Source: a virus
DNA: 64,000 bases
Direction: 5' to 3' (one strand)
Virus record (IMG/VR): IMGVR_UViG_3300035670_010555
Coordinates: 105,855 to 169,854 of that record
Shown one piece after another: positions 20,661 through 30,151 of this stretch. Made by a program: the position numbers and the translations under genes. The notes beneath the pieces were generated by a model. That model searched no databases. It saw only the letters and a list, made by a program, of their open reading frames with translations, and had not been told where the DNA came from. The stretch's first letter is position 1, and each line of letters starts with the position of its first letter.

Positions 20661-20903
20661 TTCAACAAAAAAGGGAGTCAATAACTCCCTTTTTTATTTT
20701 CGAACTTGACAATTAACATAAACTTAATATTTTTAATTAAAATTTTTAATACTTATCAGTAACTTCATAATATTATGAAAAAAAATTATTATAACCTTAC
20801 CACAAATAATTTTCCACAAGAAAAATAAGTTCCCGCGTATTGATTTACTCGGGATTTTTTTTTATAAATAAACAATCAAATAAATAACAAAAAAACAAAA
20901 ACA

Positions 20904-23900
20904 ATGAAAAAAAATCTATTACAAGGGGTTTTATCATTCTTGGTTTTACTGATGTCGTTTGGACTGACGTATTCTCAAGGGGTAACAACATCAAACATTT
21001 CAGGTAAAGTTGCAACCGATACGGGTGAGACATTACCAGGGGCGTTAGTACTAGCTACTCACACTCCATCGGGAACAAAATATTCTACAGTCACTAATAA
21101 TGAAGGAAGATATTTAATTCCAAACACAAGGATTGGTGGTCCTTACACAATCACTGTATCATTCATAGGATATAGTACATCATCTACTGATGGAGTATTT
21201 TTATCTTTGGGTGTTACTTCAAATATCAATATCCAACTTAAGTCAGAAGATATTGGTATTGCGGAAGTACTTGTAATGGGAGATAAAAATCCAGTATTTA
21301 GCTCCGATAGAACTGGTGCGTCTTCTGCAATTACAAATCAAAACTTAACTAGATTACCAACCATTTCAAGAAGTATCAATGATTTTACAAGGTTATCACC
21401 ACAAGCATCAGGTAACTCTTTTGCAGGACAGGATGGTAGATTGAATAATATTACTGTTGATGGTTCTTATTTTAACAACTCATTCGGTTTGGGTTCAGGT
21501 TCTAATCCAGGTGGTAGAACAGGTGTATCTCCAATCTCTTTGGATGCTATTGACCAAATCTCAATTAACGTAGCACCTTATGATGTAAGACAAGGTAACT
21601 TCGTTGGTGCTGGTGTAAACACAGTAACTCGTTCGGGTACTAACGAACTATCTGGTTCGGTTTATGGGTTTAGTAGAAACAACAATTTAGTTGGAACTGA
21701 AGCAGGTGAAAAGAAATTTAATCCTGGGCAATTTGATTACAAACAATTCGGTTTCCGTTTAGGTGGACCAATCATTAAGGATAAATTATTCTTCTTTGGT
21801 TCATTTGAAGATGAAAAAACTACTCAACCAGGAACTACTTTTAGAGCAAACAAAGGTGGAGAACCTGCGTCTGGTAATGTTACAAGAGTATTGGCTTCTG
21901 ATTTAGACCAATTGAGTTCATTCTTAAAAACCAAATATGGATATGAGACAGGACCTTATCAGGGATACGATAACACTACCGCAGCTACCAAGTTTTTGGG
22001 TAAGATTGACTGGAACATTAGTGATAAAAACAAATTTAGTTTAAGATATACACATTTGGACTCTAATACCGATGTTCTTGCATCTGGTTCATCTTCATTA
22101 GGTTTTGGTGGAAGAAACTTTAACCTTAACGCACTTAACTTCCAAAATTCAAATTACATTATCAACGAAAACATCCGTTCAATTGTAGGTGAATTGAATA
22201 GTAGATTATCCGATAAAGTTACAAACAACTTTATTATTGGATACACTTATCAGGATGAGTCACGAGGTTCGAGAGGTGATTTCTTTCCGTTGGTGGATAT
22301 TCTTAAAGATGGAGCAACTTACACCACTTTTGGTTTTGAGGCTTTCACTCCAAGCAACGAATTGAGATACAAGACGTTCCAAATCCAAAACAACTTACAA
22401 ATCTTTAGAGATAGAAGTACTTGGACATTTGGTGGTAGTTATGAAAAATATCAATCTGAAAACGTGTTCTTTCCAGGTTCCCAATCCGCTTATGTATTTA
22501 ACTCTTTAGAAGATTTTTACGCATCTGCAGGTGGAAATGAGGATATCACACTCCGAAGATTTCAGGTTAGATACAACAACATTCCTGGTCAAGAAAAACC
22601 AGTACAACCACTTTCAGTTGATTACTTTGGTTTGTATGGACAGAATGAATTGAGAGTTAGTGATAACTTTACAACTACACTTGGATTGAGAGTTGATGTA
22701 CCCATCTTTGGTGAGACTGGATTTAGAAATACCGAAGTTGAAGGTATGAACTTTGTTGACGCAGATGGTAATACTACAAAGTATAGAACTGATAAACTAC
22801 CTGATGCAAATCTATTGTGGTCTCCACGAGTTGGTTTTAACTATGATGTAAAAGGTGATAAGACCCTTCAATTAAGAGGTGGTACCGGTATCTTTACTGG
22901 TAGACCTGCGTATGTATGGGTATCCAATCAAATCGGTAACAACGGTATCCTAACTGGATTTGAGAGATTGGATAATACTAAATCAAGACCTTTTTCACCT
23001 GATCCAGAAACTTATAAACCACAAGATGTGACAGGTGCTCCGGCTAAAAACTATGAATTGGCGCTAAGTGATACAGATTTTAAGTTTCCACAAGTATGGA
23101 GAACGAACATCGCGGTTGATAAGAAACTACCTGGCGGAATTATCGGTACAGCTGAATTCATTTACTCAAAAGATGTAAATGGAGTATCTTACCACAACGC
23201 AAACCTTGCTCCATCTAACGGAGTATTTGCAGGACCAGACCAGAGAGTAAGATGGGTTGGTGGAAACACAGCAACAAGAATTAATGGTAAGATTGATAAT
23301 GCTGTAACTTTGGGTAACCAAGCAATCGGTTCATCTTATGTAGCATCCGTTTCTTTGGAAAAACCATTTACTAATGGATTGTACGCAAAAGCAGCATACT
23401 CTTATGGTATTACCGAAAACACAGTTGATGCAGGTTCAATCGCATTCGGTTCTTGGAATAACAGACCTCATAGTGGAAACCCGAATAATAATGAATTAGG
23501 ATTATCCTCAAACTCAATGGGACATAGAGTATTTACTGCATTGAGTTACTCTAAAGATTTCTTCTCATTCGGTAATACATCCGTTGGTTTGTTTTGGGAA
23601 GGTAGAACTATCGGTAACTACTCTTATGTATATGGCGGTGACTTGAATGGAGATGGTGGATTTTCTAATGATTTGATTTACATTCACAAAGATAAGAGTG
23701 AAATGAGATTTGTACCATTCACATCTTCAGGAAAATCATTCACTGCGGAAGAACAAGCATCCGCATGGGAAGCGTTTATCCTACAAGATAAATACCTAAG
23801 TGCAAATAGAGGTTCAGTAGCGGAAAGAGGAGCGGCATTCTTACCTATGGTATTCCGTGCTGATTTCAACTTTACCCAACAACTATTCACCAACATCGGT

Positions 23901-24152
23901 GGTAAGAGAAATACCTTAGAGTTTAGAGCAGATGTTCTAAATGTTGGTAACCTATTGAATAGTGCATGGGGTGTTGGACAATTTGTAACATCTACTTCAC
24001 CATTAGTTCCAGCAGGAACAACTTCAAGTGGTGAACCACAATTCAGATTAAGAAATCTTGGTAATCAATTGATTACACAAACATTTCAACCAACCGTTGG
24101 TGTAGGAGATGTTTGGAGAGCTCAATTTGGATTGAGATATAGTTTTAATTAA
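20904..24152 (+). CDS. TonB-dependent receptor (Oar-like, N-terminal carboxypeptidase-regulatory-like domain)
   Basis: Signal peptide; ISGKV..TGE.LPGA; NNITVDGS; PYDVRQG.F.GAGVNTVTRSGTN plug; C-terminal LRYSF beta-signal; terminator about 24158-24190. Confidence 0.92.
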   Translation: MKKNLLQGVLSFLVLLMSFGLTYSQGVTTSNISGKVATDTGETLPGALVLATHTPSGTKYSTVTNNEGRYLIPNTRIGGPYTITVSFIGYSTSSTDGVFLSLGVTSNINIQLKSEDIGIAEVLVMGDKNPVFSSDRTGASSAITNQNLTRLPTISRSINDFTRLSPQASGNSFAGQDGRLNNITVDGSYFNNSFGLGSGSNPGGRTGVSPISLDAIDQISINVAPYDVRQGNFVGAGVNTVTRSGTNELSGSVYGFSRNNNLVGTEAGEKKFNPGQFDYKQFGFRLGGPIIKDKLFFFGSFEDEKTTQPGTTFRANKGGEPASGNVTRVLASDLDQLSSFLKTKYGYETGPYQGYDNTTAATKFLGKIDWNISDKNKFSLRYTHLDSNTDVLASGSSSLGFGGRNFNLNALNFQNSNYIINENIRSIVGELNSRLSDKVTNNFIIGYTYQDESRGSRGDFFPLVDILKDGATYTTFGFEAFTPSNELRYKTFQIQNNLQIFRDRSTWTFGGSYEKYQSENVFFPGSQSAYVFNSLEDFYASAGGNEDITLRRFQVRYNNIPGQEKPVQPLSVDYFGLYGQNELRVSDNFTTTLGLRVDVPIFGETGFRNTEVEGMNFVDADGNTTKYRTDKLPDANLLWSPRVGFNYDVKGDKTLQLRGGTGIFTGRPAYVWVSNQIGNNGILTGFERLDNTKSRPFSPDPETYKPQDVTGAPAKNYELALSDTDFKFPQVWRTNIAVDKKLPGGIIGTAEFIYSKDVNGVSYHNANLAPSNGVFAGPDQRVRWVGGNTATRINGKIDNAVTLGNQAIGSSYVASVSLEKPFTNGLYAKAAYSYGITENTVDAGSIAFGSWNNRPHSGNPNNNELGLSSNSMGHRVFTALSYSKDFFSFGNTSVGLFWEGRTIGNYSYVYGGDLNGDGGFSNDLIYIHKDKSEMRFVPFTSSGKSFTAEEQASAWEAFILQDKYLSANRGSVAERGAAFLPMVFRADFNFTQQLFTNIGGKRNTLEFRADVLNVGNLLNSAWGVGQFVTSTSPLVPAGTTSSGEPQFRLRNLGNQLITQTFQPTVGVGDVWRAQFGLRYSFN

Positions 24153-24201
24153 AAATTAAAAATCCCTCGAATATTCGGGGGATTTTTTTTATATTTACAA
24201 A

Positions 24202-24549
24202 ATGGATATAACCAAAATACTACTAGCCACCCTCTTTATGATTTTAGGACAAATTGGGTCTTTTATGCAATTACAAGGGTCAATTAAATATGGTTGGTCG
24301 GAAAAATACCTTTGGTTACTTCTACTGTCAGGAATTCCAATCAGTTATTTATATATAAAGTCTGTAAATCTTTACGTACAAGGTTTTGGTGGCCAGATCT
24401 GGCCAAGCAGATTGGTTGGGTTTGCATTAGGTGTTGTAATATTTACAATATTGTCTTCAGTTCTTTTTCAAGAACACCTGAACCTCAAAACGGTCATAAG
24501 TTTAGTTCTTGCATTCACTATTGTTGGAATACAAATATTTTGGAAATGA
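24202..24549 (+). CDS. Small 4-TM membrane protein (DMT/SMR-like)
   Basis: Four hydrophobic segments in 115 aa. Confidence 0.55.
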   Translation: MDITKILLATLFMILGQIGSFMQLQGSIKYGWSEKYLWLLLLSGIPISYLYIKSVNLYVQGFGGQIWPSRLVGFALGVVIFTILSSVLFQEHLNLKTVISLVLAFTIVGIQIFWK

Positions 24550-25151
24550 AAGTAATATTCTTAGATAACGATGGAGTTATCTGTTTAAGTAGTAATTGGG
24601 GTTCCCGTCACAAAAAACAAAAAAAGTGGGGTGGAAGGAAACTATCCATGTCTATATCATCTATTCCTGTAGAATATCGTTTCGATAATTTTGACAAAAA
24701 GGCGGTAAAAGTTCTAAATCAAATATTAGAAACCACAGGTGCTGAAATCGTGGTTAGTTCTGATTGGAGATTACATGCCACTTTGGAAGAATTGGGAGAA
24801 TACTATACATCTCAAGGTGTCATCAAAAAACCAATCGGATTTACCGAAATATTTCACTACAAAAATTGGTTGGAAGAAGGTAGAATTCCTTCCGATTTTG
24901 ATTGGAACAGAACTGACGGTCGAGAACAAGAAAGACACTTTGAGATTAAAGATTGGTTGAAATCACATCCCGAAGTTACACATTGGGTAGCCGTTGATGA
25001 CCTTCATATGGGCATTCATGTTACAAACAGCTCTTATGGTCCATTTGACAGAGATTGGGGGTTAGAACACTTCGTATGGACACCTAGAATGTGGGAGGGT
25101 ATTAAACAAAGTGGAATTAAACAAAAAATAATAAAACATTTATTATGCTAG
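24546..25151 (+). CDS. HAD phosphatase, Swiss-army-knife RNA-repair type (HAD_SAK_2)
   Basis: True start MKVIFLDNDGV; IVVSSDWR; EIKDWL..H; WVAVDD. Confidence 0.8.
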   Translation: MKVIFLDNDGVICLSSNWGSRHKKQKKWGGRKLSMSISSIPVEYRFDNFDKKAVKVLNQILETTGAEIVVSSDWRLHATLEELGEYYTSQGVIKKPIGFTEIFHYKNWLEEGRIPSDFDWNRTDGREQERHFEIKDWLKSHPEVTHWVAVDDLHMGIHVTNSSYGPFDRDWGLEHFVWTPRMWEGIKQSGIKQKIIKHLLC

Positions 25152-25339
25152 TTAACATTAAAAAAGTATTGGAAGAAAGAGGAGAAGTTGGAAAATTTGA
25201 CGGAGTTGCTCCCGAAGGGTTTGTTTTAGTTCACGAGAAAGCATTAGAACAACTTAAAGATTTTGACACATGGAAAATGTGGAAACATAATCAAATCACC
25301 ATAAAAAAATTGAATAAAACTAACTTTAATAATAGTTAA
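25145..25339 (+). CDS. Hypothetical protein
   Basis: 64-aa ORF in operon. Confidence 0.5.
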   Translation: MLVNIKKVLEERGEVGKFDGVAPEGFVLVHEKALEQLKDFDTWKMWKHNQITIKKLNKTNFNNS

Positions 25340-25345
25340 TAATAT

Positions 25346-25678
25346 ATGATAGATTTTATTAAAATTTCACCCAAAAGAGATATCTTAAAAACAATAAGTT
25401 ATAGAATTGCAAGTAGTGTTATTGGTTTTTTTGTACTGTGGATCTTCTTCGGAATAATGGTGGGAGTCTCATTCAGTTTATTTGAGTTATTTTGTAAACC
25501 ATTACTATACTATATTCACGAAAGAATGTGGTATAGATATATAAAGTTCGGTGTTACAAAAGTTGAAGATCCTATTAAACCTGATTTCCGTATTATGGAT
25601 TCAATATCTACTGAGGTTGCGGAAAATGTAACAACTACAGGGCCAAAAAGATTAGTTTATACAAAGAAGACCGAATAG
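25346..25678 (+). CDS. DUF2061-like membrane protein
   Basis: KTISYR...K.LLYYIHERMW. Confidence 0.7.
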   Translation: MIDFIKISPKRDILKTISYRIASSVIGFFVLWIFFGIMVGVSFSLFELFCKPLLYYIHERMWYRYIKFGVTKVEDPIKPDFRIMDSISTEVAENVTTTGPKRLVYTKKTE

Positions 25679-25713
25679 CTCGGTCTTTTTTTTTGTCTTG
25701 ATATTTATTAAGT

Positions 25714-26421
25714 ATGAGTATCGAAAAAAATATTTTTAGAATTTTAGAAGAGATTAAGAAATCGGAAGAACTTATATCAGAAGCCATCATTTTGAGTGAA
25801 TCGAGCACCTTTTCACCACCCCTTAATAAACTTAAAGTGACCTCTGGTTTCGGCCCAAGATGGGGAAAACATCATGATGGAGTTGATTTAGCGGCAGTGG
25901 ACGAACCAGTCAAATCTCTCGCAGATGGAGTTGTAGTTACAACTCATCCCGATAAATATCCTTGTGGAGGAACCATTGTCATTCAACACTCAAATGGATA
26001 TACCACAGGTTTTTGTCATATGCAAAAAATAAACGTACAAGTTGGACAAAATGTAAAAAAGGGAGATATAATCGGAATCACTGGAGGTGGCAAAAATGAT
26101 CCAGGTAAAGGTAGAAGTGATGGGAAACACTTACATTTGACTATAAGAAAAGACGGAAAACCTTTAGACCCTATGAAATTCATAGATAAAGAAGGTGTAT
26201 TAGTTGGTACAGTACCTATATCACCAATATCTGGTACTGACGTATCAACTGATTCAACATCAAGTTCGGACAGTAAAGGTACCGCACCGGAATTTGGAAT
26301 TGCTGACTTTGATTTCTTAACGGGAAATATTAAAGGGAATATTGCCGATTTTGATTTTATTAAAGGAATTAAAGAACGAAAAATTTCGGAAAATATAGAA
26401 AGAATAAAAAAAATGTTATAA
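25714..26421 (+). CDS. M23 family peptidase
   Basis: TSGFGPR, HDGVD, FCHM, HLHL motifs. Confidence 0.88.
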   Translation: MSIEKNIFRILEEIKKSEELISEAIILSESSTFSPPLNKLKVTSGFGPRWGKHHDGVDLAAVDEPVKSLADGVVVTTHPDKYPCGGTIVIQHSNGYTTGFCHMQKINVQVGQNVKKGDIIGITGGGKNDPGKGRSDGKHLHLTIRKDGKPLDPMKFIDKEGVLVGTVPISPISGTDVSTDSTSSSDSKGTAPEFGIADFDFLTGNIKGNIADFDFIKGIKERKISENIERIKKML

Positions 26422-26466
26422 AAAAACCCACCTTATGGTGGGTTATTTTTTTTGGTTAAGTTGAGA

Positions 26467-26673
26467 TTACTTTACTGCCTCACCTTGAGCGGCTTCAACT
26501 TCCACGCCTTCAGCTCCACCACCAACTTCAACTGCTACTGTGTCAGCAACAACTGCAGTTGAATCTACAACTACCTCTGTGGAATCAGCTGCAACAGTTT
26601 CAACTGCTTTACCTCCACAAGATGCAAGAATCATGGTAGAAAGGATTGCGAATACTACTAAATTTTTTTTCAT
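26467..26673 (-). CDS. Small lipoprotein
   Basis: LASC lipobox; acidic Val/Ala-rich DST repeats. Confidence 0.75.
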   Translation of the reverse strand: MKKNLVVFAILSTMILASCGGKAVETVAADSTEVVVDSTAVVADTVAVEVGGGAEGVEVEAAQGEAVK

Positions 26674-26772
26674 TTTTTTGTGTTTTTTTGTTTTTTATTT
26701 AATTTACGAACTATAAATATACGAAAGTTTATTGAGTTGGTCAAATTTTTTGTATTTTTCACAAAACTTTTT

Positions 26773-27111
26773 TTAAGATAAAATCTGTATAAAGTAATAT
26801 GATAGCTTATATCCTGTGAAAGCCCCTAATGTAGATGGAATTGGAAATACTATTAACTTACCCAAATCTGTAACATATTTAGGTCTGTTAACAATTTTAC
26901 CCATAAAGAAATAATAAGTTAGATAACCTATTAAAACCGCCAAATCAGTTTTAGTTGCAATAAACACAATTAAAGTTGCAGCAATGAATCCAAAGATAAA
27001 ATTATCTCGGACTCCTTCCCAAATCTCATAAGGGCTCGCGTCTTTATATTCTTTTATAATCTTGTTGAATTTGGTTTTGTTACCAACCTTCCTTTTTATT
27101 TCAATTTCCAT
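26773..27111 (-). CDS. Membrane protein
   Basis: Three hydrophobic segments. Confidence 0.55.
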   Translation of the reverse strand: MEIEIKRKVGNKTKFNKIIKEYKDASPYEIWEGVRDNFIFGFIAATLIVFIATKTDLAVLIGYLTYYFFMGKIVNRPKYVTDLGKLIVFPIPSTLGAFTGYKLSYYFIQILS

Positions 27112-27112
27112 G

Positions 27113-27186
27113 TTGGGATAGGTGGACTCGAACCACCAACCTTTCGCGTATCAGACGAATGCTCTAACCAATTGAGCTATATCCCA
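27113..27186 (-). tRNA. tRNA-Ile(GAT)
   Basis: Cloverleaf, loop CT-GAT-AC. Confidence 0.9.
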
Positions 27187-27202
27187 TTATTGTAAGTAAA
27201 AG

Positions 27203-27276
27203 AGCGGGTAGTGAGATTCGAACTCACAACTTCCGACTTGGAAGGACGGCACTCTAGCCAATTGAGCTATACCCGC
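27203..27276 (-). tRNA. tRNA-Gly(TCC)
   Basis: Cloverleaf, loop CT-TCC-AA. Confidence 0.9.
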
Positions 27277-27285
27277 TTTTTTGTG

Positions 27286-27436
27286 CTGTAAGAGGTGGAT
27301 TCGAACCACCACGAGGAGATTCAACAAATAACATATCGCCGGCCGGCTGGTGGTCTACCCCCTCATATTATTTGTCTATTTCTTAATCCCCACCCCCGAG
27401 ACAGGAGGGCTTGTCTGCCAATTTCAACACCTTACA
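27286..27436 (-). ncRNA. tRNA-like RNA with GTC anticodon loop and about 80-nt variable arm
   Basis: TGTAAGG/TCTTACA acceptor, class-II-like D arm, CCCTC-CTGTCTC-GGGGG arm, long paired insert, GGTGG-TTCGAAT-CCACC T arm. Confidence 0.65.
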
Positions 27437-27441
27437 AAATG

Positions 27442-27526
27442 CAGAGAGTATTGGATTCGAACCAATGCATCCCTTTCGAGATGACAGATTAGCAATCTGC
27501 TCCTTTAACCACTCAGGCAACTCTCT
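27442..27526 (-). tRNA. tRNA-Ser(GCT)
   Basis: Cloverleaf with long variable arm. Confidence 0.9.
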
Positions 27527-27579
27527 ATTAATGTTCCAAAACTCACTTTTTTTTAATGTTTTGGACCCTGAATAACTTG

Positions 27580-27650
27580 ATGTCTCATCAGGATTCGAAC
27601 CTGAAATAACTGAACCAAAATCAGTTGTGTTACCGTTACACCATGAGACA
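27580..27650 (-). tRNA. tRNA-Gln(TTG)
   Basis: Cloverleaf, loop TT-TTG-GT. Confidence 0.88.
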
Positions 27651-27731
27651 GTTTAGACAGACCTTAGGAGACGTATTATTCTCTTCATTATCCTTGTACT
27701 TTAACACCGTGGGAAGCGTGTGTCTGTCTTG

Positions 27732-27813
27732 TGGGAACGATAGGACTCGAACCTATGAACTCCGAAGAGAGGGGTTTTACAGACCCCGGCAATTGCCGCT
27801 ATGCGACGTTCCC
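27732..27813 (-). tRNA. tRNA-Tyr(GTA)
   Basis: Cloverleaf with variable arm, loop CT-GTA-AA. Confidence 0.9.
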
Positions 27814-27952
27814 AAAATAAGGAAAGGAGAAGATGGTTCCGTGGACATCTCCTTTTACGATTGGCATTACTACGATGATTCCAAACTCCAAATGTACCAC
27901 CTCCATCATCAGGTTAACATACATTCCTTCCCCAATCAACCTTTATAACTAG

Positions 27953-28023
27953 CACACCCACCAAGACTCGAACTTGGAACAACGGTTTTGGAGACCGGTA
28001 TGATGCCATTTCACCATAGATGC
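27953..28023 (-). tRNA. tRNA-Trp(CCA)
   Basis: Cloverleaf, loop CT-CCA-AA. Confidence 0.85.
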
Positions 28024-28440
28024 TTACTTGTTCAACAACCAAGATGACGATTGAATTTTATCTCCTAGTCCATCAATTAATTTAACCCCTAACCAATCAC
28101 AAATCGGTGTCTCAGGGATGCTATTATTGTTTTGGTCTCCACCATTAGCGAATAGGAATTCGTCGTCCCTATCCCCCAAAGAATGAATCAATTCGATTGT
28201 CTTACACACAGTTCGATCTGTGTCAACTGAAAGAAATACTCTGTCAACCATTTTCAGATTTTGGATGATTAACATTCTCTCATTCTCATCTTGGAATTCT
28301 TTACTACCCTTCAACTCCCTCTGTTTGTCATTGTTGACAATGACATAGAGTTTGTCACCATGTTCTTTGGACTTATTGAAATATTCAATATGTCCCTTAT
28401 GAACAGGATTAAAATATCCGCTTACAATTACAATTTTCAT
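28024..28440 (-). CDS. Cytidylyltransferase-like (HIGH) nucleotidyltransferase
   Basis: SGYFNPVHKGH, VNND, FANGGD, KIQSSS. Confidence 0.85.
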   Translation of the reverse strand: MKIVIVSGYFNPVHKGHIEYFNKSKEHGDKLYVIVNNDKQRELKGSKEFQDENERMLIIQNLKMVDRVFLSVDTDRTVCKTIELIHSLGDRDDEFLFANGGDQNNNSIPETPICDWLGVKLIDGLGDKIQSSSWLLNK

Positions 28441-28625
28441 TTCGTTTCGTAGGTTAAAGTTTCTAATTCCAATTCACTTTCATAGAAATATGGACAAGCC
28501 CACCTAGGTTTATCACATTTAAGTTTTACCATCGATCCTCTGTAAAATCCAACCGCTACGACTGTCGCCCATCCTGAACATCTTGTTTTAACTCTATCTC
28601 CAACTTTTAATTCACTAAATGTCAT
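28437..28625 (-). CDS. Hypothetical SH3-like protein
   Basis: LKVGDRVK start, 62 aa. Confidence 0.45.
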   Translation of the reverse strand: MTFSELKVGDRVKTRCSGWATVVAVGFYRGSMVKLKCDKPRWACPYFYESELELETLTYETK

Positions 28626-28923
28626 CTTCTACGGTGTTTAATTCAAAGTTACTAAATTTTAGTCCCCACATCAAAGAAATCATAGACATTTCTCTTTCAG
28701 CCATTTTAGCATACAAACGAAGTTCTTTCATAAGGTATTTTTTACCCCACTTTTTCCATTCTTCGTTTTGTTCCATAGTCATAGTCCAATCAGTATACCA
28801 ACTATCCTTACGGTCCTTGATATCGTCATAGGTCACAGGATGACCTGCAATTTCGAACATCTTGTTTATCATATCGATAACCATTTTTTGTTTTTTCTGT
28901 TCTTTAGATAATCTTGGTTTCAT
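28615..28923 (-). CDS. Hypothetical phage protein
   Basis: 102-aa ORF. Confidence 0.55.
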   Translation of the reverse strand: MKPRLSKEQKKQKMVIDMINKMFEIAGHPVTYDDIKDRKDSWYTDWTMTMEQNEEWKKWGKKYLMKELRLYAKMAEREMSMISLMWGLKFSNFELNTVEDDI

Positions 28924-28948
28924 AATTTTCTTTGTTTATTGGTTGATG

Positions 28949-29022
28949 AGGTCAGAATCGGATTCGAACCGATGGATACTTGTTTTGCAGACAAGCCCCT
29001 TAAGCCACTTGGGTATCTGACC
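28949..29022 (-). tRNA. tRNA-Cys(GCA)
   Basis: Cloverleaf, loop CT-GCA-AA. Confidence 0.9.
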
Positions 29023-29033
29023 ATTTATAATGT

Positions 29034-29100
29034 GTCAGGACGGGTTTCTAACCCGCTCCTCAGTTAACTACTGTGTGCTGCCATTTACACCACCTGACTA
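29034..29100 (-). ncRNA. Minimal/degenerate member of the AGTCAGG tRNA-like family
   Basis: Same GTCAGG/CCTGAC acceptor; short CAGT-AGTTA-ACTG arm; T loop TTAGAAA. Confidence 0.55.
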
Positions 29101-29103
29101 TTG

Positions 29104-29175
29104 TGTGACCGAAGAGAATCGAACTCTTACCTGAAGTGCCACAAACTTCCGCCCTCCCACTAGGCTACGGCCACC
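29104..29175 (-). tRNA. tRNA-His(GTG)
   Basis: Cloverleaf, loop TT-GTG-GC, G-1 encoded. Confidence 0.85.
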
Positions 29176-29400
29176 ATATAATAATTTAGATTTCTAAAAC
29201 TCATCCTCGAAAGGGTAAAGAAACTCCATCTTATTTGTTTTTTGCGTAGTCAGGACAGGATTCGAACCTGTATTTGTGGAGCACCATCTCCAACGTCTGA
29301 ATCGAACAGAACCAATCAATCCTCTACGGGTGGTACATCTGCAGCTGTACCACTTATTCAAGAACAGCGTCTAACCAATTCCGCCACCTGACTATCCTAA

Positions 29401-29607
29401 TTATTTACCTCCTCCGTCACCATCAAGATATATCAATCTTACTGTTTCACCACTACCTATATTATGAATAGTAAAGGTAGGATATGAACCGTCTTCATTT
29501 CTTTTGTTAATAGTGTCAGTTGGCCAAATTTCAAAACCATGTTCCCAACACAGATGGTCTAATTTATCAATAAACTCATCAGTTTCTTTACTTATTTCTT
29601 TTTCCAT
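29401..29607 (-). CDS. Small hypothetical protein (cassette)
   Basis: 68 aa, AAAAGTTATG start context. Confidence 0.6.
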   Translation of the reverse strand: MEKEISKETDEFIDKLDHLCWEHGFEIWPTDTINKRNEDGSYPTFTIHNIGSGETVRLIYLDGDGGGK

Positions 29608-29616
29608 AACTTTTAA

Positions 29617-29718
29617 TTACAAAAGTCTATACCAAATCTTAATTGTCATATCTCTTTGAGGGGATGGTTTTAGTTTTGACCATCTGTCAATCCATTCTTT
29701 AATTTCTTCTTTACTCAT
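29617..29718 (-). CDS. Small hypothetical protein (33 aa)
   Basis: MSKEEIKEWIDRWSKLKPSPQRDMTIKIWYRLL, same AAAAGTTATG context. Confidence 0.5.
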   Translation of the reverse strand: MSKEEIKEWIDRWSKLKPSPQRDMTIKIWYRLL

Positions 29719-29740
29719 AACTTTTAATTTTTTCACCTGA

Positions 29741-29878
29741 CTATCCTAATTTCCACCACCTACCACATTTTTGACATTCTTGTGGTCCATATGCTTTATG
29801 CATTTTATGTTTATCTAAAACAAAATCATGTACAAATAAACACCATACGTTTCCAAATTGTCTAATAATCCATTTCAT
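29741..29878 (-). CDS. Small Cys/His protein (45 aa)
   Basis: C.FVH...C.KC; its TAG stop is the TAG of a TAGTCAGGTG repeat fragment. Confidence 0.5.
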   Translation of the reverse strand: MKWIIRQFGNVWCLFVHDFVLDKHKMHKAYGPQECQKCGRWWKLG

Positions 29879-29889
29879 ATATTTTTTAA

Positions 29890-30054
29890 TTAAAATATAA
29901 TACTTAATAAATGACCTATAAAAATACCTGTTGCTAAGGCTGATAACGATAGACTTACAAGTGTTTTTTTAGATAAATCTTTAATAAATGATGGTAGTAT
30001 CCAGCTTGATATTAATACTAACCATCCCACAATTACAGCAATTTCTATTTCCAT
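29890..30054 (-). CDS. Small 2-TM membrane protein (54 aa)
   Basis: Manual translation; AAAAGTTATG context. Confidence 0.55.
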   Translation of the reverse strand: MEIEIAVIVGWLVLISSWILPSFIKDLSKKTLVSLSLSALATGIFIGHLLSIIF

Positions 30055-30151
30055 AACTTTTATTTTTAGTTGTAGTCAGGACAGGATTCGAACCTGTGAT
30101 AGACGCTCCTTAGAGTCCGCTATCATGGCAACCAATTCCGCCACCTGACTA

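Noticed and set aside
15622-24152. Host chromosomal DNA or prophage boundary (clpC, ssrA, TBDT)
   Set aside because: Genes are interleaved with phage-type ORFs carrying the same TATTTAT motif, clpC is truncated, and no integrase or att duplication is seen.
27820-27941. Hammerhead ribozyme (CTGATGA on the minus strand)
   Set aside because: No correctly placed GAAA or stem II/III arrangement found.
30098-30128. Amber suppressor (CTA) in the short tRNA-like element, implying stop-codon recoding
   Set aside because: CTC-TAAG-GAG is a tetraloop hairpin, not a 7-nt anticodon loop; genes read intact in code 11 with TAG and TGA acting as stops.
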